This document shows, piece after piece, positions 1 to 12,300 of a stretch of 64,000 bases of DNA. The notes under the pieces are model-generated. The model saw only the letters and a list, made by a program, of their open reading frames with translations. It made no database searches and was not told the DNA's origin. The DNA is taken from the NCBI RefSeq assembly GCF_009914755.1, contig NC_060947.1. One strand, 5' to 3'. Position 1 is the first letter of the stretch, and each line of letters begins with the position of its first letter. Made by a program: the position numbers and the translations under genes. The DNA comes from the human T2T-CHM13v2.0 reference genome, Homo sapiens.

Positions 1-47
1 AAAGTAGTTTCCGAGAATGCTTCTGTTTAGTTTTTATGTGAAGATGA

Positions 48-64
48 TCCCGTTTCCAGTGAAA
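48..64 (-). other. Degenerate CENP-B box (m1)
   Basis: TCCCGTTTCCAGTGAAA: core CGAA changed to TGAA; same in the units inspected. Confidence 0.85.
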
Positions 65-218
65 TCTTCAAAGAGGTCCACATATCCCCTTGCAGATTCC
101 AAAGAAAGAGGGTTTCAAAACTGCTCCATCAGAAGGATTGTTCAACTCTGTGAGTTGAATGCAGTCATCGCAGAAAACTTTCTGAGAATGCTTCTGTCTA
201 GGTTTGATGTGAAGATAT

Positions 219-235
219 AGACGTTTCAAACGAAG
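219..235 (-). other. Degenerate CENP-B box (m2)
   Basis: AGACGTTTCAAACGAAG: core CCCG changed to GACG. Confidence 0.8.
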
Positions 236-385
236 GCTACAAAGTGGTCAAAATATACACTTGCAGATTCTACTACAAGGGTGTTGCAAACCTGAACTAT
301 CAAAGGAAGGTTCAACTCTGTGAGTTGAATACAAACATCACAAAGAATGTTCTGAGTTTGCTTCCGTTCAGTTATGGGAAGTTGA

Positions 386-402
386 TCCCGTTTCCAACGA
401 AA
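386..402 (-). promoter_or_regulatory. CENP-B box, intact (m3; recurs in each HOR)
   Basis: TCCCGTTTCCAACGAAA is the reverse complement of TTTCGTTGGAAACGGGA and matches the core NTTCGNNNNANNCGGGN. Confidence 0.95.
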
Positions 403-896
403 TCCTCAGAGAGGTCCAAATATCCCCTCGCAGATTCTACAAAACGTGTGTTTGGAAACTGCTCCATCATAACGAATGTTCAGCTCCCTGAGTTAAACTC
501 CATCGTCACAAAGAATTTTCTGAGAGTGCTACCGTCTGGTTTTTATATGAAGTTCTTTCCTTCACTACCACAGGCCTCAAAGCGGTCCAAATCTCCACTT
601 GCAGATTCTACAAAAAGAGTGTTTGCAAACTGCTCTATCAAAAGGAATGTTCAACTCTGGGAGTTGAATGCAATCATCACAGAGCAGTTTCTGAGAATGC
701 TTCTATGTCGTTTTTAGGAGAAGATATTTCCTTTTCCAACACCGTCCTCCAAGCCCGCTAAATAGCCACTTGCACATTGTAGAAAAAGTGTGTCAAAGCT
801 GCGCTATCAAAGGGAAAGTTCAACTCTGTGAGGTGAATGCAAACATCCCAAAGAAGTTTCTGAGAATGCTTCCGTTTAGCTTTTAGGTGAAGATTA

Positions 897-913
897 TCCC
901 GTTTCCAACGAAA
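897..913 (-). promoter_or_regulatory. CENP-B box, intact (m6; recurs in each HOR)
   Basis: TCCCGTTTCCAACGAAA; all nine core positions present. Confidence 0.95.
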
Positions 914-1036
914 CCTTCAAAGAGGTCCAAATATCCCCTTGCGGATCCCACAGAAAGAGTGTTTCGAAACTGCTGTTTCAAAAGGAATCTTCAACTCTGT
1001 GAGTTGAATGCAATCATCACAAAGAAGTTTCTGACA

Positions 1037-1222
1037 ATGCTTCTCTCTCGTCTTTCTGTGAAGATAAAGGAAAAGGCTTTCAGGCCTTTTCCACCACAGG
1101 CCTGAAAGCGCTCCAAATGTCCACTTGCAGATTCTGCGAAAAGAATATTTCAAAACTGCTCTATGAAAAGCAATGTTAAACTCTGTGGCTCGAACACAAA
1201 CATCACAAAGCAGTTTCTGAGA
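1037..1222. repeat. 186-bp monomer (m7) carrying a net +15 bp insertion
   Basis: Compared with m12 (GAAGATA-TTT-CCTTTTCCACCACAGG), m7 reads GAAGATA-AAGGAAAAGGCTTTCAGG-CCTTTTCCACCACAGG, with the insert at 1067-1084. Confidence 0.92.
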
Positions 1223-1423
1223 ATGCTTCAGTTTAGTTTTTCTGTGGAAATATTCCCGTTTCAAAGAAATCTTCAAAGAGGTCCACGTATCCACTTACAG
1301 ATTCTACAAAAAGACAGTTTCAAAACTGCTCCATCAAAAGGAGGGTTCAACTGTGTGACTTGAATGCAATCATCACTCAGAAGTTTCTGAGAATGCTTCT
1401 CTTTAGTTTTTACGTGAACATAT

Positions 1424-1440
1424 ACCCGTTTCGAACGAAG
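1424..1440 (-). promoter_or_regulatory. CENP-B box, core-intact variant (m9; polymorphic among HORs)
   Basis: ACCCGTTTCGAACGAAG is the reverse complement of CTTCGTTCGAAACGGGT; the nine core positions are retained. Confidence 0.88.
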
Positions 1441-1590
1441 GCCACCCAGTGGTCCAAATATCCACTTGCAGATTCTACAGAAAGAGTGTTTCGAACCTGA
1501 ACTCTCAAAGGCAGGTTCATCTCTGCGAGTTAAATGCATTCATCATGAAGAACTTTCTCAGAGTGTTTGTGTTTAGTTATGGGAAATTAT

Positions 1591-1607
1591 TCCCGTTTCC
1601 AACGAAA
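1591..1607 (-). promoter_or_regulatory. CENP-B box, intact (m10; recurs in each HOR)
   Basis: TCCCGTTTCCAACGAAA. Confidence 0.95.
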
Positions 1608-1932
1608 TCCTCAGAGAGCTCCAAATATCCACCTGCAGATTCTACCAAAAGTGTATTTGGAAACTGCTCCATCAAAAGGCATGTTCAGCTCTGTGAGTGA
1701 AACTCCATCATCACAAAGAATATTCTGAGAATGCTTCCGTTTGCCTTTTATATGAAGTTCCTTCCAATACGACCGTAGGCCTCAAAGCAGTCCAAATCTC
1801 CATTTGCAGATTCTACAAAAAGAGTGATTCCAATCTGCTCTATCAATAGGATTGTTCAACTCCATGAGTTGAATGCCATCCTCACAAAGTCGTTTCTGAG
1901 AATGCTTCTATCTAGTTTTTATGTGAAGATAT

Positions 1933-1950
1933 TTCCTTTTCCACCACAGG
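1933..1950. other. A-type (pJalpha-like) box in m12; related A-type boxes in m4, m5, m7 and m11
   Basis: TTCCTTTTCCACCACAGG sits at the position where B-type monomers carry the CENP-B box. Confidence 0.75.
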
Positions 1951-3309
1951 CCTCAAAGCCCTCCAAACGTCCACTTGCAGATTCTCGAAAAAGAGTGTTT
2001 CATAGCTGCTCTTTCAAAAGGAAAGTTCAACTCTGGAAGTTGAATACAAACATCACAAAGTAGTTTCCGAGAATGCTTCTGTTTAGTTTTTATGTGAAGA
2101 TGATCCCGTTTCCAGTGAAATCTTCAAAGAGGTCCACATATCCCCTTGCAGATTCCAAAGAAAGAGGGTTTCAAAACTGCTCCATCAGAAGGATTGTTCA
2201 ACTCTGTGAGTTGAATGCAGTCATCGCAGAAAACTTTCTGAGAATGCTTCTGTCTAGGTTTGATGTGAAGATATAGACGTTTCAAACGAAGGCTACAAAG
2301 TGGTCAAAATATACACTTGCAGATTCTACTACAAGGGTGTTGCAAACCTGAACTATCAAAGGAAGGTTCAACTCTGTGAGTTGAATACAAACATCACAAA
2401 GAATGTTCTGAGTTTGCTTCCGTTCAGTTATGGGAAGTTGATCCCGTTTCCAACGAAATCCTCAGAGAGGTCCAAATATCCCCTTGCAGATTCTACAAAA
2501 CGTGTGTTTGGAAACTGCTCCATCATAACGAATGTTCAGCTCCCTGAGTTAAACTCCATCGTCACAAAGAATTTTCTGAGAGTGCTACCGTCTGGTTTTT
2601 ATATGAAGCTCTTTCCTTCACTACCCCAGGCCTCAAAGCGGTCCAAATCTCCACTTCCAGATTCTACAAAAAGAGTGTTTGCAAACTGCTCTATCAAAAG
2701 GAATGTTCAACTCTGGGAGTTGAATGCAATCATCACAGAGCAGTTTCTGAGAATGCTTCTATGTCGTTTTTAGGAGAAGATATTTCCTTTTCCAACACAG
2801 TCCTCCAAGCCCGCTAAATAGCCACTTGCACATTGTAGAAAAAGTGTGTCAAAGCTGCGCTATCAAAGGGAAAGTTCAACTCTGTGAGGTGAATGCAAAC
2901 ATCCCAAAGAAGTTTCTGAGAATGCTTCCGTTTAGCTTTTAGGTGAAGATTATCCCGTTTCCAACGAAACCTTCAAAGAGGTCCAAATATCCCCTTGCGG
3001 ATCCCACAGAAAGAGTGTTTCGAAACTGCTGTTTCAAAAGGAATCTTCAACTCTGTGAGTTGAATGCAATCATCACAAAGAAGTTTCTGACAATGCTTCT
3101 CTCTCGTCTTTCTGTGAAGATAAAGGAAAAGGCTTTCAGGCCTTTTCCACCACAGGCCTGAAAGCGCTCCAAATGTCCACTTGCAGATTCTGCGAAAAGA
3201 ATATTTCAAAACTGCTCTATGAAAAGCAATGTTAAACTCTGTGGCTCGAACACAAACATCACAAAGCGGTTTCTGAGAATGCTTCAGTTTAGTTTTTCTG
3301 TGGAAATAT

Positions 3310-3326
3310 TCCCGTTTCCAAAGAAA
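3310..3326 (-). other. Degenerate CENP-B box (m8; exemplar from U2)
   Basis: TCCCGTTTCCAAAGAAA: core CGAA changed to AGAA. Confidence 0.85.
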
Positions 3327-6300
3327 TCTTCAAAGAGGTCCACGTATCCACTTACAGATTCTACAAAAAGACAGTTTCAAAACTGCTCCATCAAAAGGAG
3401 GGTTCAACTGTGTGACTTGAATGCAATCATCACTCACCAGTTTCTGAGAATGCTTCTCTTTAGTTTTTACGTGAACATATACCCGTTTCGAACGAAGGCC
3501 AGCCAGTGGTCCAAATATCCACTTGCAGATACTACAGTAAGAGTGTTTCGAACATGAACTCTCAAAGGCAGGTTCATCTCTGCGAGTTAAATGCATTCAT
3601 CATGAAGAACTTTCTCAGAGTGTTTGTGTTTAGTTATGGGAAATTATTCCCGTTTCCAACGAAATCCTCAGAGAGGTCCAAATATCCACCTGCAGATTCT
3701 ACCAAAAGTGTATTTGGAAACTGCTCCATCAAAAGGCATGTTCAGCTCTGTGAGTGAAACTCCATCATCACAAAGAATATTCTGAGAATGCTTCCGTTTG
3801 CCTTTTATATGAAGTTCCTTCCTATACGACCGTAGGCCTCAAAGCAGTCCAAATCTCCATTTGCAGATTCTACAAAAAGAGTGATTCCAATCTGCTCTAT
3901 CAATAGGATTGTTCAACTCCATGAGTTGAATGCCATCCTCACAAAGTAGTTTCTGAGAATGCTTCTATCTAGTTTTTATGTGAAGATATTTCCTTTTCCA
4001 CCACAGGCCTCAAAGCCCTCCAAACGTCCACTTGCAGATTCTCGAAAAAGAGTGTTTCATAGCTGCTCTTTCAAAAGGAAAGTTCAACTCTGGGAGTTGA
4101 ATACAAACATCACAAAGTAGTTTCCGAGAATGCTTCTGTTTAGTTTTTATGTGAAGATGATCCCGTTTCCAGTGAAATCTTCAAAGAGGTCCACATATCC
4201 CCTTGCAGATTCCAAAGAAAGAGGGTTTCAAAACTGCTCCATCAGAAGGATTGTTCAACTCTGTGAGTTGAATGCAGTCATCGCAGAAAACTTTCTGAGA
4301 ATGCTTCTGTCTAGGTTTGATGTGAAGATATAGACGTTTCAAACGAAGGCTACAAAGTGGTCAAAATATACACTTGCAGATTCTACTACAAGGGTGTTGC
4401 AAACCTGAACTATCAAAGGAAGGTTCAACTCTGTGAGTTGAATACAAACATCACAAAGAATGTTCTGAGTTTGCTTCCGTTCAGTTATGGGAAGTTGATC
4501 CCGTTTCCAACGAAATCCTCAGAGAGGTCCAAATATCCCCTTGCAGATTCTACAAAACGTGTGTTTGGAAACTGCTCCATCATAACGAATGTTCAGCTCC
4601 CTGAGTTAAACTCCATCGTCACAAAGAATTTTCTGAGAGTGCTACCGTCTGGTTTTTATATGAAGCTCTTTCCTTCACTACCCCAGGCCTCAAAGCGGTC
4701 CAAATCTCCACTTGCAGATTCTACAAAAAGAGTGTTTGCAAACTGCTCTATCAAAAGGAATGTTCAACTCTGGGAGTTGAATGCAATCATCACAGAGCAG
4801 TTTCTGAGAATGCTTCTATGTCGTTTTTAGGAGAAGATATTTCCTTTTCCAACACAGTCCTCCAAGCCCGCTAAATATCCACTTGCACATTGTAGAAAAA
4901 GTGTGTCAAAGCTGCGCTATCAAAGGGAAAGTTCAACTCTGTGAGGTGAATGCAAACATCCCAAAGAAGTTTCTGAGAATGCTTCCGTTTAGCTTTTAGG
5001 TGAAGATTATCCCGTTTCCAACGAAACCTTCAAAGAGGTCCAAATATCCCCTTGCGGATCCCACAGAAAGAGTGTTTCGAAACTGCTGTTTCAAAAGGAA
5101 TCTTCAACTCTGTGAGTTGAATGCAATCATCACAAAGAAGTTTCTGACAATGCTTCTCTCTCGTCTTTCTGTGAAGATAAAGGAAAAGGCTTTCAGGCCT
5201 TTTCCACCACAGGCCTGAAAGCGCTCCAAATGTCCACTTGCAGATTCTGCGAAAAGAATATTTCAAAACTGCTCTATGAAAAGCAATGTTAAACTCTGTG
5301 GCTCGAACACAAACATCACAAAGCGGTTTCTGAGAATGCTTCAGTTTAGTTTTTCTGTGGAAATATTCCCGTTTCCAAAGAAATCTTCAAAGAGGTCCAC
5401 GTATCCACTTACAGATTCTACAAAAAGACAGTTTCAAAACTGCTCCATCAAAAGGAGGGTTCAACTGTGTGACTTGAATGCAATCATCACTCACCAGTTT
5501 CTGAGAATGCTTCTCTTTAGTTTTTACGTGAACATATACCCGTTTCGAACGAAGGCCAGCCAGTGGTCGAAATATCCACTTGCAGATTCTACAGAAAGAG
5601 TGTTTCGAACATGAACTCTCAAAGGCAGGTTCATCTCTGCGAGTTAAATGCATTCATCATGAAGAACTTTCTCAGAGTGTTTGTATTTAGTTATGGGAAA
5701 TTATTCCCGTTTCCAACGAAATCCTCAGAGAGGTCCAAATATCCACCTGCAGATTCTACCAAAAGTGTATTTGGAAACTGCTCCATCAAAAGGCATGTTC
5801 AGCTCTGTGAGTGAAACTCCATCATCACAAAGAATATTCTGAGAATGCTTCCGTTTGCCTTTTATATGAAGTTCCTTCCTATACGACCGTAGGCCTCAAA
5901 GCAGTCCAAATCTCCATTTGCAGATTCTACAAAAAGAGTGATTCCAATCTGCTCTATCAATAGGATTGTTCAACTCCATGAGTTGAATGCCATCCTCACA
6001 AAGTCGTTTCTGAGAATGCTTCTATCTAGTTTTTATGTGAAGATATTTCCTTTTCCACCACAGGCCTCAAAGCCCTCAAAACGTCCACTTGCAGATTCTC
6101 GAAAAAGAGTGTTTCATAGCTGCTCTTTCAAAAGGAAAGTTCAACTCTGGGAGTTGAATACAAACATCACAAAGTAGTTTCCGAGAATGCTTCTGTTTAG
6201 TTTTTATGTGAAGATGATCCCGTTTCCAGTGAAATCTTCAAAGAGGTCCACATATCCCCTTGCAGATTCCAAAGAAAGAGGGTTTCAAAACTGCTCCATC

Positions 6301-9300
6301 AGAAGGATTGTTCAACTCTGTGAGTTGAATGCAGTCATCGCAGAAAACTTTCTGAGAATGCTTCTGTCTAGGTTTGATGTGAAGATATAGACGTTTCAAA
6401 CGAAGGCTACAAAGTGGTCAAAATATACACTTGCAGATTCTACTACAAGGGTGTTGCAAACCTGAACTATCAAAGGAAGGTTCAACTCTGTGAGTTGAAT
6501 ACAAACATCACAAAGAATGTTCTGAGTTTGCTTCCGTTCAGTTATGGGAAGTTGATCCCGTTTCCAACGAAATCCTCAGAGAGGTCCAAATATCCCCTAG
6601 CAGATTCTACAAAACGTGTGTTTGGAAACTGCTCCATCATAACGAATGTTCAGCTCCCTGAGTTAAACTCCATCGTCACAAAGAATTTTCTGAGAGTGCT
6701 ACCGTCTGGTTTTTATATGAAGCTCTTTCCTTCACTACCCCAGGCCTCAAAGCGGTCCAAATCTCCACTTCCAGATTCTACAAAAAGAGTGTTTGCAAAC
6801 TGCTCTATCAAAAGGAATGTTCAACTCTGGGAGTTGAATGCAATCATCACAGAGCAGTTTCTGAGAATGCTTCTATGTCGTTTTTAGGAGAAGATATTTC
6901 CTTTTCCAACACAGTCCTCCAAGCCCGCTAAATAGCCACTTGCACATTGTAGAAAAAGTGTGTCAAAGCTGCGCTATCAAAGGGAAAGTTCAACTCTGTG
7001 AGGTGAATGCAAACATCCCAAAGAAGTTTCTGAGAATGCTTCCGTATAGCTTTTAGGTGAAGATTATCCCGTTTCCAACGAAACCTTCAAAGAGGTCCAA
7101 ATATCCCCTTGCGGATCCCACAGAAAGAGTGTTTCGAAACTGCTGTTTCAAAAGGAATCTTCAACTCTGTGAGTTGAATGCAATCATCACAAAGAAGTTT
7201 CTGACAATGCTTCTCTCTCGTCTTTCTGTGAAGATAAAGGAAAAGGCTTTCAGGCCTTTTCCACCACAGGCCTGAAAGCGCTCCAAATGTCCACTTGCAG
7301 ATTCTGCGAAAAGAATATTTCAAAACTGCTCTATGAAAAGCAATGTTAAACTCTGTGGCTCGAACACAAACATCACAAAGCGGTTTCTGAGAATGCTTCA
7401 GTTTAGTTTTTCTGTGGAAATATTCCCGTTTCCAAAGAAATCTTCAAAGAGGTCCACGTATCCACTTACAGATTCTACAAAAAGACAGTTTCAAAACTGC
7501 TCCATCAAAAGGAGGGTTCAACTGTGTGACTTGAATGCAATCATCACTCACCAGTTTCTGAGAATGCTTCTCTTTAGTTTTTACGTGAACATAAACCCGT
7601 TTCGAACGAAGGCCAGCCAGTGGTCGAAATATCCACTTGCAGATTCTACAGAAAGAGTGTTTCGAACATGAACTCTCAAAGGCAGGTTCATCTCTGCGAG
7701 TTAAATGCATTCATCATGAAGAACTTTCTCAGAGTGTTTGTATTTAGTTATGGGAAATTATTCCCGTTTCCAACGAAATCCTCAGAGAGGTCCAAATATC
7801 CACCTGCAGATTCTACCAAAAGTGTATTTGGAAACTGCTCCATCAAAAGGCATGTTCAGCTCTGTGAGTGAAACTCCATCATCACAAAGAATATTCTGAG
7901 AATGCTTCCGTTTGCCTTTTATATGAAGTTCCTTCCTATACGACCGTAGGCCTCAAAGCAGTCCAAATCTCCATTTGCAGATTCTACAAAAAGAGTGATT
8001 CCAATCTGCTCTATCAATAGGATTGTTCAACTCCATGAGTTGAATGCCATCCTCACAAAGTCGTTTCTGAGAATGCTTCTATCTAGTTTTTATGTGAAGA
8101 TATTTCCTTTTCCACCACAGGCCTCAAAGCCCTCCAAACGTCCACTTGCAGATTCTCGAAAAAGAGTGTTTCATAGCTGCTCTTTCAAAAGGAAAGTTCA
8201 ACTCTGGCAGTTGAATACAAACATCACAAAGTAGTTTCCGAGAATGCTTCTGTTTAGTTTTTATGTGAAGATGATCCCGTTTCCAGTGAAATCTTCAAAG
8301 AGGTCCACATATCCCCTTGCAGATTCCAAAGAAAGAGGGTTTCAAAACTGCTCCATCAGAAGGATTGTTCAACTCTGTGAGTTGAATGCAGTCATCGCAG
8401 AAAACTTTCTGAGAATGCTTCTGTCTAGGTTTGATGTGAAGATATAGACGTTTCAAACGAAGGCTACAAAGTGGTCAAAATATACACTTGCAGATTCTAC
8501 TACAAGGGTGTTGCAAACCTGAACTATCAAAGGAAGGTTCAACTCTGTGAGTTGAATACAAACATCACAAAGAATGTTCTGAGTTTGCTTCCGTTCAGTT
8601 ATGGGAAGTTGATCCCGTTTCCAACGAAATCCTCAGAGAGGTCCAAATATCCCCTTGCAGATTCTACAAAACGTGTGTTTGGAAACTGCTCCATCATAAC
8701 GAATGTTCAGCTCCCTGAGTTAAACTCCATCGTCACAAAGAATTTTCTGAGAGTGCTACCGTCTGGTTTTTATATGAAGCTCTTTCCTTCACTACCCCAG
8801 GCCTCAAAGCGGTCCAAATCTCCACTTCCAGATTCTACAAAAAGAGTGTTTGCAAACTGCTCTATCAAAAGGAATGTTCAACTCTGGGAGTTGAATGCAA
8901 TCATCACAGAGCAGTTTCTGAGAATGCTTCTATGTCGTTTTTAGGAGAAGATATTTCCTTTTCCAACACAGTCCTCCAAGCCCGCTAAATAGCCACTTGC
9001 ACATTGTAGAAAAAGTGTGTCAAAGCTGCGCTATCAAAGGGAAAGTTCAACTCTGTGAGGTGAATGCAAACATCCCAAAGAAGTTTCTGAGAATGCTTCC
9101 GTTTAGCTTTTAGGTGAAGATTATCCCGTTTCCAACGAAACCTTCAAAGAGGTCCAAATATCCCCTTGCGGATCCCACAGAAAGAGTGTTTCGAAACTGC
9201 TGTTTCAAAAGGAATCTTCAACTCTGTGAGTTGAATGCAATCATCACAAAGAAGTTTCTGACAATGCTTCTCTCTCGTCTTTCTGTGAAGATAAAGGAAA

Positions 9301-12300
9301 AGGCTTTCAGGCCTTTTCCACCACAGGCCTGAAAGCGCTCCAAATGTCCACTTGCAGATTCTGCGAAAAGAATATTTCAAAACTGCTCTATGAAAAGCAA
9401 TGTTAAACTCTGTGGCTCGAACACAAACATCACAAAGCGGTTTCTGAGAATGCTTCAGTTTAGTTTTTCTGTGGAAATATTCCCGTTTCCAAAGAAATCT
9501 TCAAAGAGGTCCACGTATCCACTTACAGATTCTACAAAAAGACAGTTTCAAAACTGCTCCATCAAAAGGAGGGTTCAACTGTGTGACTTGAATGCAATCA
9601 TCACTCACCAGTTTCTGAGAATGCTTCTCTTTAGTTTTTACGTGAACATATACCCGTTTCGAACGAAGGCCAGCCAGTGGTCGAAATATCCACTTGCAGA
9701 TTCTACAGAAAGAGTGTTTCGAACATGAACTCTCAAAGGCAGGTTCACCTCTGCGAGTTAAATGCATTCATCATGAAGAACTTTCTCAGAGTGTTTGTAT
9801 TTAGTTATGGGAAATTATTCCCGTTTCCAACGAAATCCTCAGAGAGGTCCAAATATCCACCTGCAGATTCTACCAAAAGTGTATTTGGAAACTGCTCCAT
9901 CAAAAGGCATGTTCAGCTCTGTGAGTGAAACTCCATCATCACAAAGAATATTCTGAGAATGCTTCCGTTTGCCTTTTATATGAAGTTCCTTCCTATACGA
10001 CCGTAGGCCTCAAAGCAGTCCAAATCTCCATTTGCAGATTCTACAAAAAGAGTGATTCCAATCTGCTCTATCAATAGGATTGTTCAACTCCATGAGTTGA
10101 ATGCCATCCTCACAAAGTAGTTTCTGAGAATGCTTCTATCTAGTTTTTATGTGAAGATATTTCCTTTTCCACCACAGGCCTCAAAGCCCTCCAAACGTCC
10201 ACTTGCAGATTCTCGAAAAAGAGTGTTTCATAGCTGCTCTTTCAAAAGGAAAGTTCAACTCTGGGAGTTGAATACAAACATCACAAAGTAGTTTCCGAGA
10301 ATGCTTCTGTTTAGTTTTTATGTGAAGATGATCCCGTTTCCAGTGAAATCTTCAAAGAGGTCCACATATCCCCTTGCAGATTCCAAAGAAAGAGGGTTTC
10401 AAAACTGCTCCATCAGAAGGATTGTTCAACTCTGTGAGTTGAATGCAGTCATCGCAGAAAACTTTCTGAGAATGCTTCTGTCTAGGTTTGATGTGAAGAT
10501 ATAGACGTTTCAAACGAAGGCTACAAAGTGGTCAAAATATACACTTGCAGATTCTACTACAAGGGTGTTGCAAACCTGAACTATCAAAGGAAGGTTCAAC
10601 TCTGTGAGTTGAATACAAACATCACAAAGAATGTTCTGAGTTTGCTTCCGTTCAGTTATGGGAAGTTGATCCCGTTTCCAACGAAATCCTCAGAGAGGTC
10701 CAAATATCCCCTTGCAGATTCTACAAAACGTGTGTTTGGAAACTGCTCCATCATAACGAATGTTCAGCTCCCTGAGTTAAACTCCATCGTCACAAAGAAT
10801 TTTCTGAGAGTGCTACCGTCTGGTTTTTATATGAAGCTCTTTCCTTCACTACCCCAGGCCTCAAAGCGGTCCAAATCTCCACTTGCAGATTCTACAAAAA
10901 GAGTGTTTGCAAACTGCTCTATCAAAAGGAATGTTCAACTCTGGGAGTTGAATGCAATCATCACAGAGCAGTTTCTGAGAATGCTTCTATGTCGTTTTTA
11001 GGAGAAGATATTTCCTTTTCCAACACAGTCCTCCAAGCCCGCTAAATATCCACTTGCACATTGTAGAAAAAGTGTGTCAAAGCTGCGCTATCAAAGGGAA
11101 AGTTCAACTCTGTGAGGTGAATGCAAACATCCCAAAGAAGTTTCTGAGAATGCTTCCGTTTAGCTTTTAGGTGAAGATTATCCCGTTTCCAACGAAACCT
11201 TCAAAGAGGTCCAAATATCCCCTTGCGGATCCCACAGAAAGAGTGTTTCGAAACTGCTGTTTCAAAAGGAATCTTCAACTCTGTGAGTTGAATGCAATCA
11301 TCACAAAGAAGTTTCTGACAATGCTTCTCTCTCGTGTTTCTGTGAAGATAAAGGAAAAGGCTTTCAGGCCTTTTCCACCACAGGCCTGAAAGCGCTCCAA
11401 ATGTCCACTTGCAGATTCTGCGAAAAGAATATTTCAAAACTGCTCTATGAAAAGCAATGTTAAACTCTGTGGCTGGAACACAAACATCACAAAGCGGTTT
11501 CTGAGAATGCTTCAGTTTAGTTTTTCTGTGGAAATATTCCCGTTTCCAAAGAAATCTTCAAAGAGGTCCACGTATCCACTTACAGATTCTACAAAAAGAC
11601 AGTTTCAAAACTGCTCCATCAAAAGGAGGGTTCAACTGTGTGACTTGAATGCAATCATCACTCAGAAGTTTCTGAGAATGCTTCTCTTTAGTTTTTACGT
11701 GAACATATACCCGTTTCGAACGAAGGCCAGCCAGTGGTCCAAATATCCACTTGCAGATTCTCCAGAAAGAGTGTTTCGAACATGAACTCTCAAAGGCAGG
11801 TTCATCTCTGCGAGTTAAATGCATTCATCATGAAGAACTTTCTCAGAGTGTTTGTGTTTAGTTATGGGAAATTATTCCCGTTTCCAACGAAATCCTCAGA
11901 GAGGTCCAAATATCCACCTGCAGATTCTACCAAAAGTGTATTTGGAAACTGCTCCATCAAAAGGCATGTTCAGCTCTGTGAGTGAAACTCCATCATCACA
12001 AAGAATATTCTGAGAATGCTTCCATTTGCCTTTTATATGAAGTTCCTTCCTATACGACCGTAGGCCTCAAAGCAGTCCAAATCTCCATTTGCAGATTCTA
12101 CAAAAAGAGTGATTCCAATCTGCTCTATCAATAGGATTGTTCAACTCCATGAGTTGAATGCCATCCTCACAAAGTCGTTTCTGAGAATGCTTCTATCTAG
12201 TTTTTATGTGAAGATATTTCCTTTTCCACCACAGGCCTCAAAGCCCTCCAAACGTCCACTTGCAGATTCTCGAAAAAGAGTGTTTCATAGCTGCTCTTTC

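Larger units (their letters stand above)
17..865. repeat. First pentamer block (m1-m5) of the SF3-type HOR
   Basis: Box pattern B,B,B,A,A and lengths 171/170/168/171 mirror m8-m12. Shared diagnostic strings: CGTTTC(A/G)AACGAAGGC (m2/m9), AGTTATGGGAA (m3/m10), TTTTATATGAAGTTC (m4/m11). Confidence 0.85.
17..2072. repeat. One HOR unit resolved into 12 alphoid monomers (exemplar, U1)
   Basis: Anchoring on the GAGA-ATG-CTT motif, monomers begin at 17, 188, 358, 526, 697, 866, 1037, 1223, 1393, 1563, 1731 and 1902. Canonical lengths are 171, 170, 168, 171, 169, 171, 186, 171, 170, 168, 171, 171 (sum 2057). U1 lacks one C near 1262, so it is 2056 bp. Confidence 0.93.
1223..2072. repeat. Second pentamer block (m8-m12) of the SF3-type HOR
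   Basis: Paralogous to m1-m5 by box type, monomer length and diagnostic strings. m6-m7 form an extra B,A pair between the two pentamers. Confidence 0.85.

Noticed and set aside
1069-1109. Hairpin read as a rho-independent terminator or structured RNA gene
   Set aside because: This is eukaryotic satellite context with no upstream gene or U-tract arrangement. It is kept only as a structural observation.
1255-1270. Single-C deletion in the degenerate m8 box of U1
   Set aside because: It is a singleton in an already inactive box and could be a private mutation or a sequencing error.
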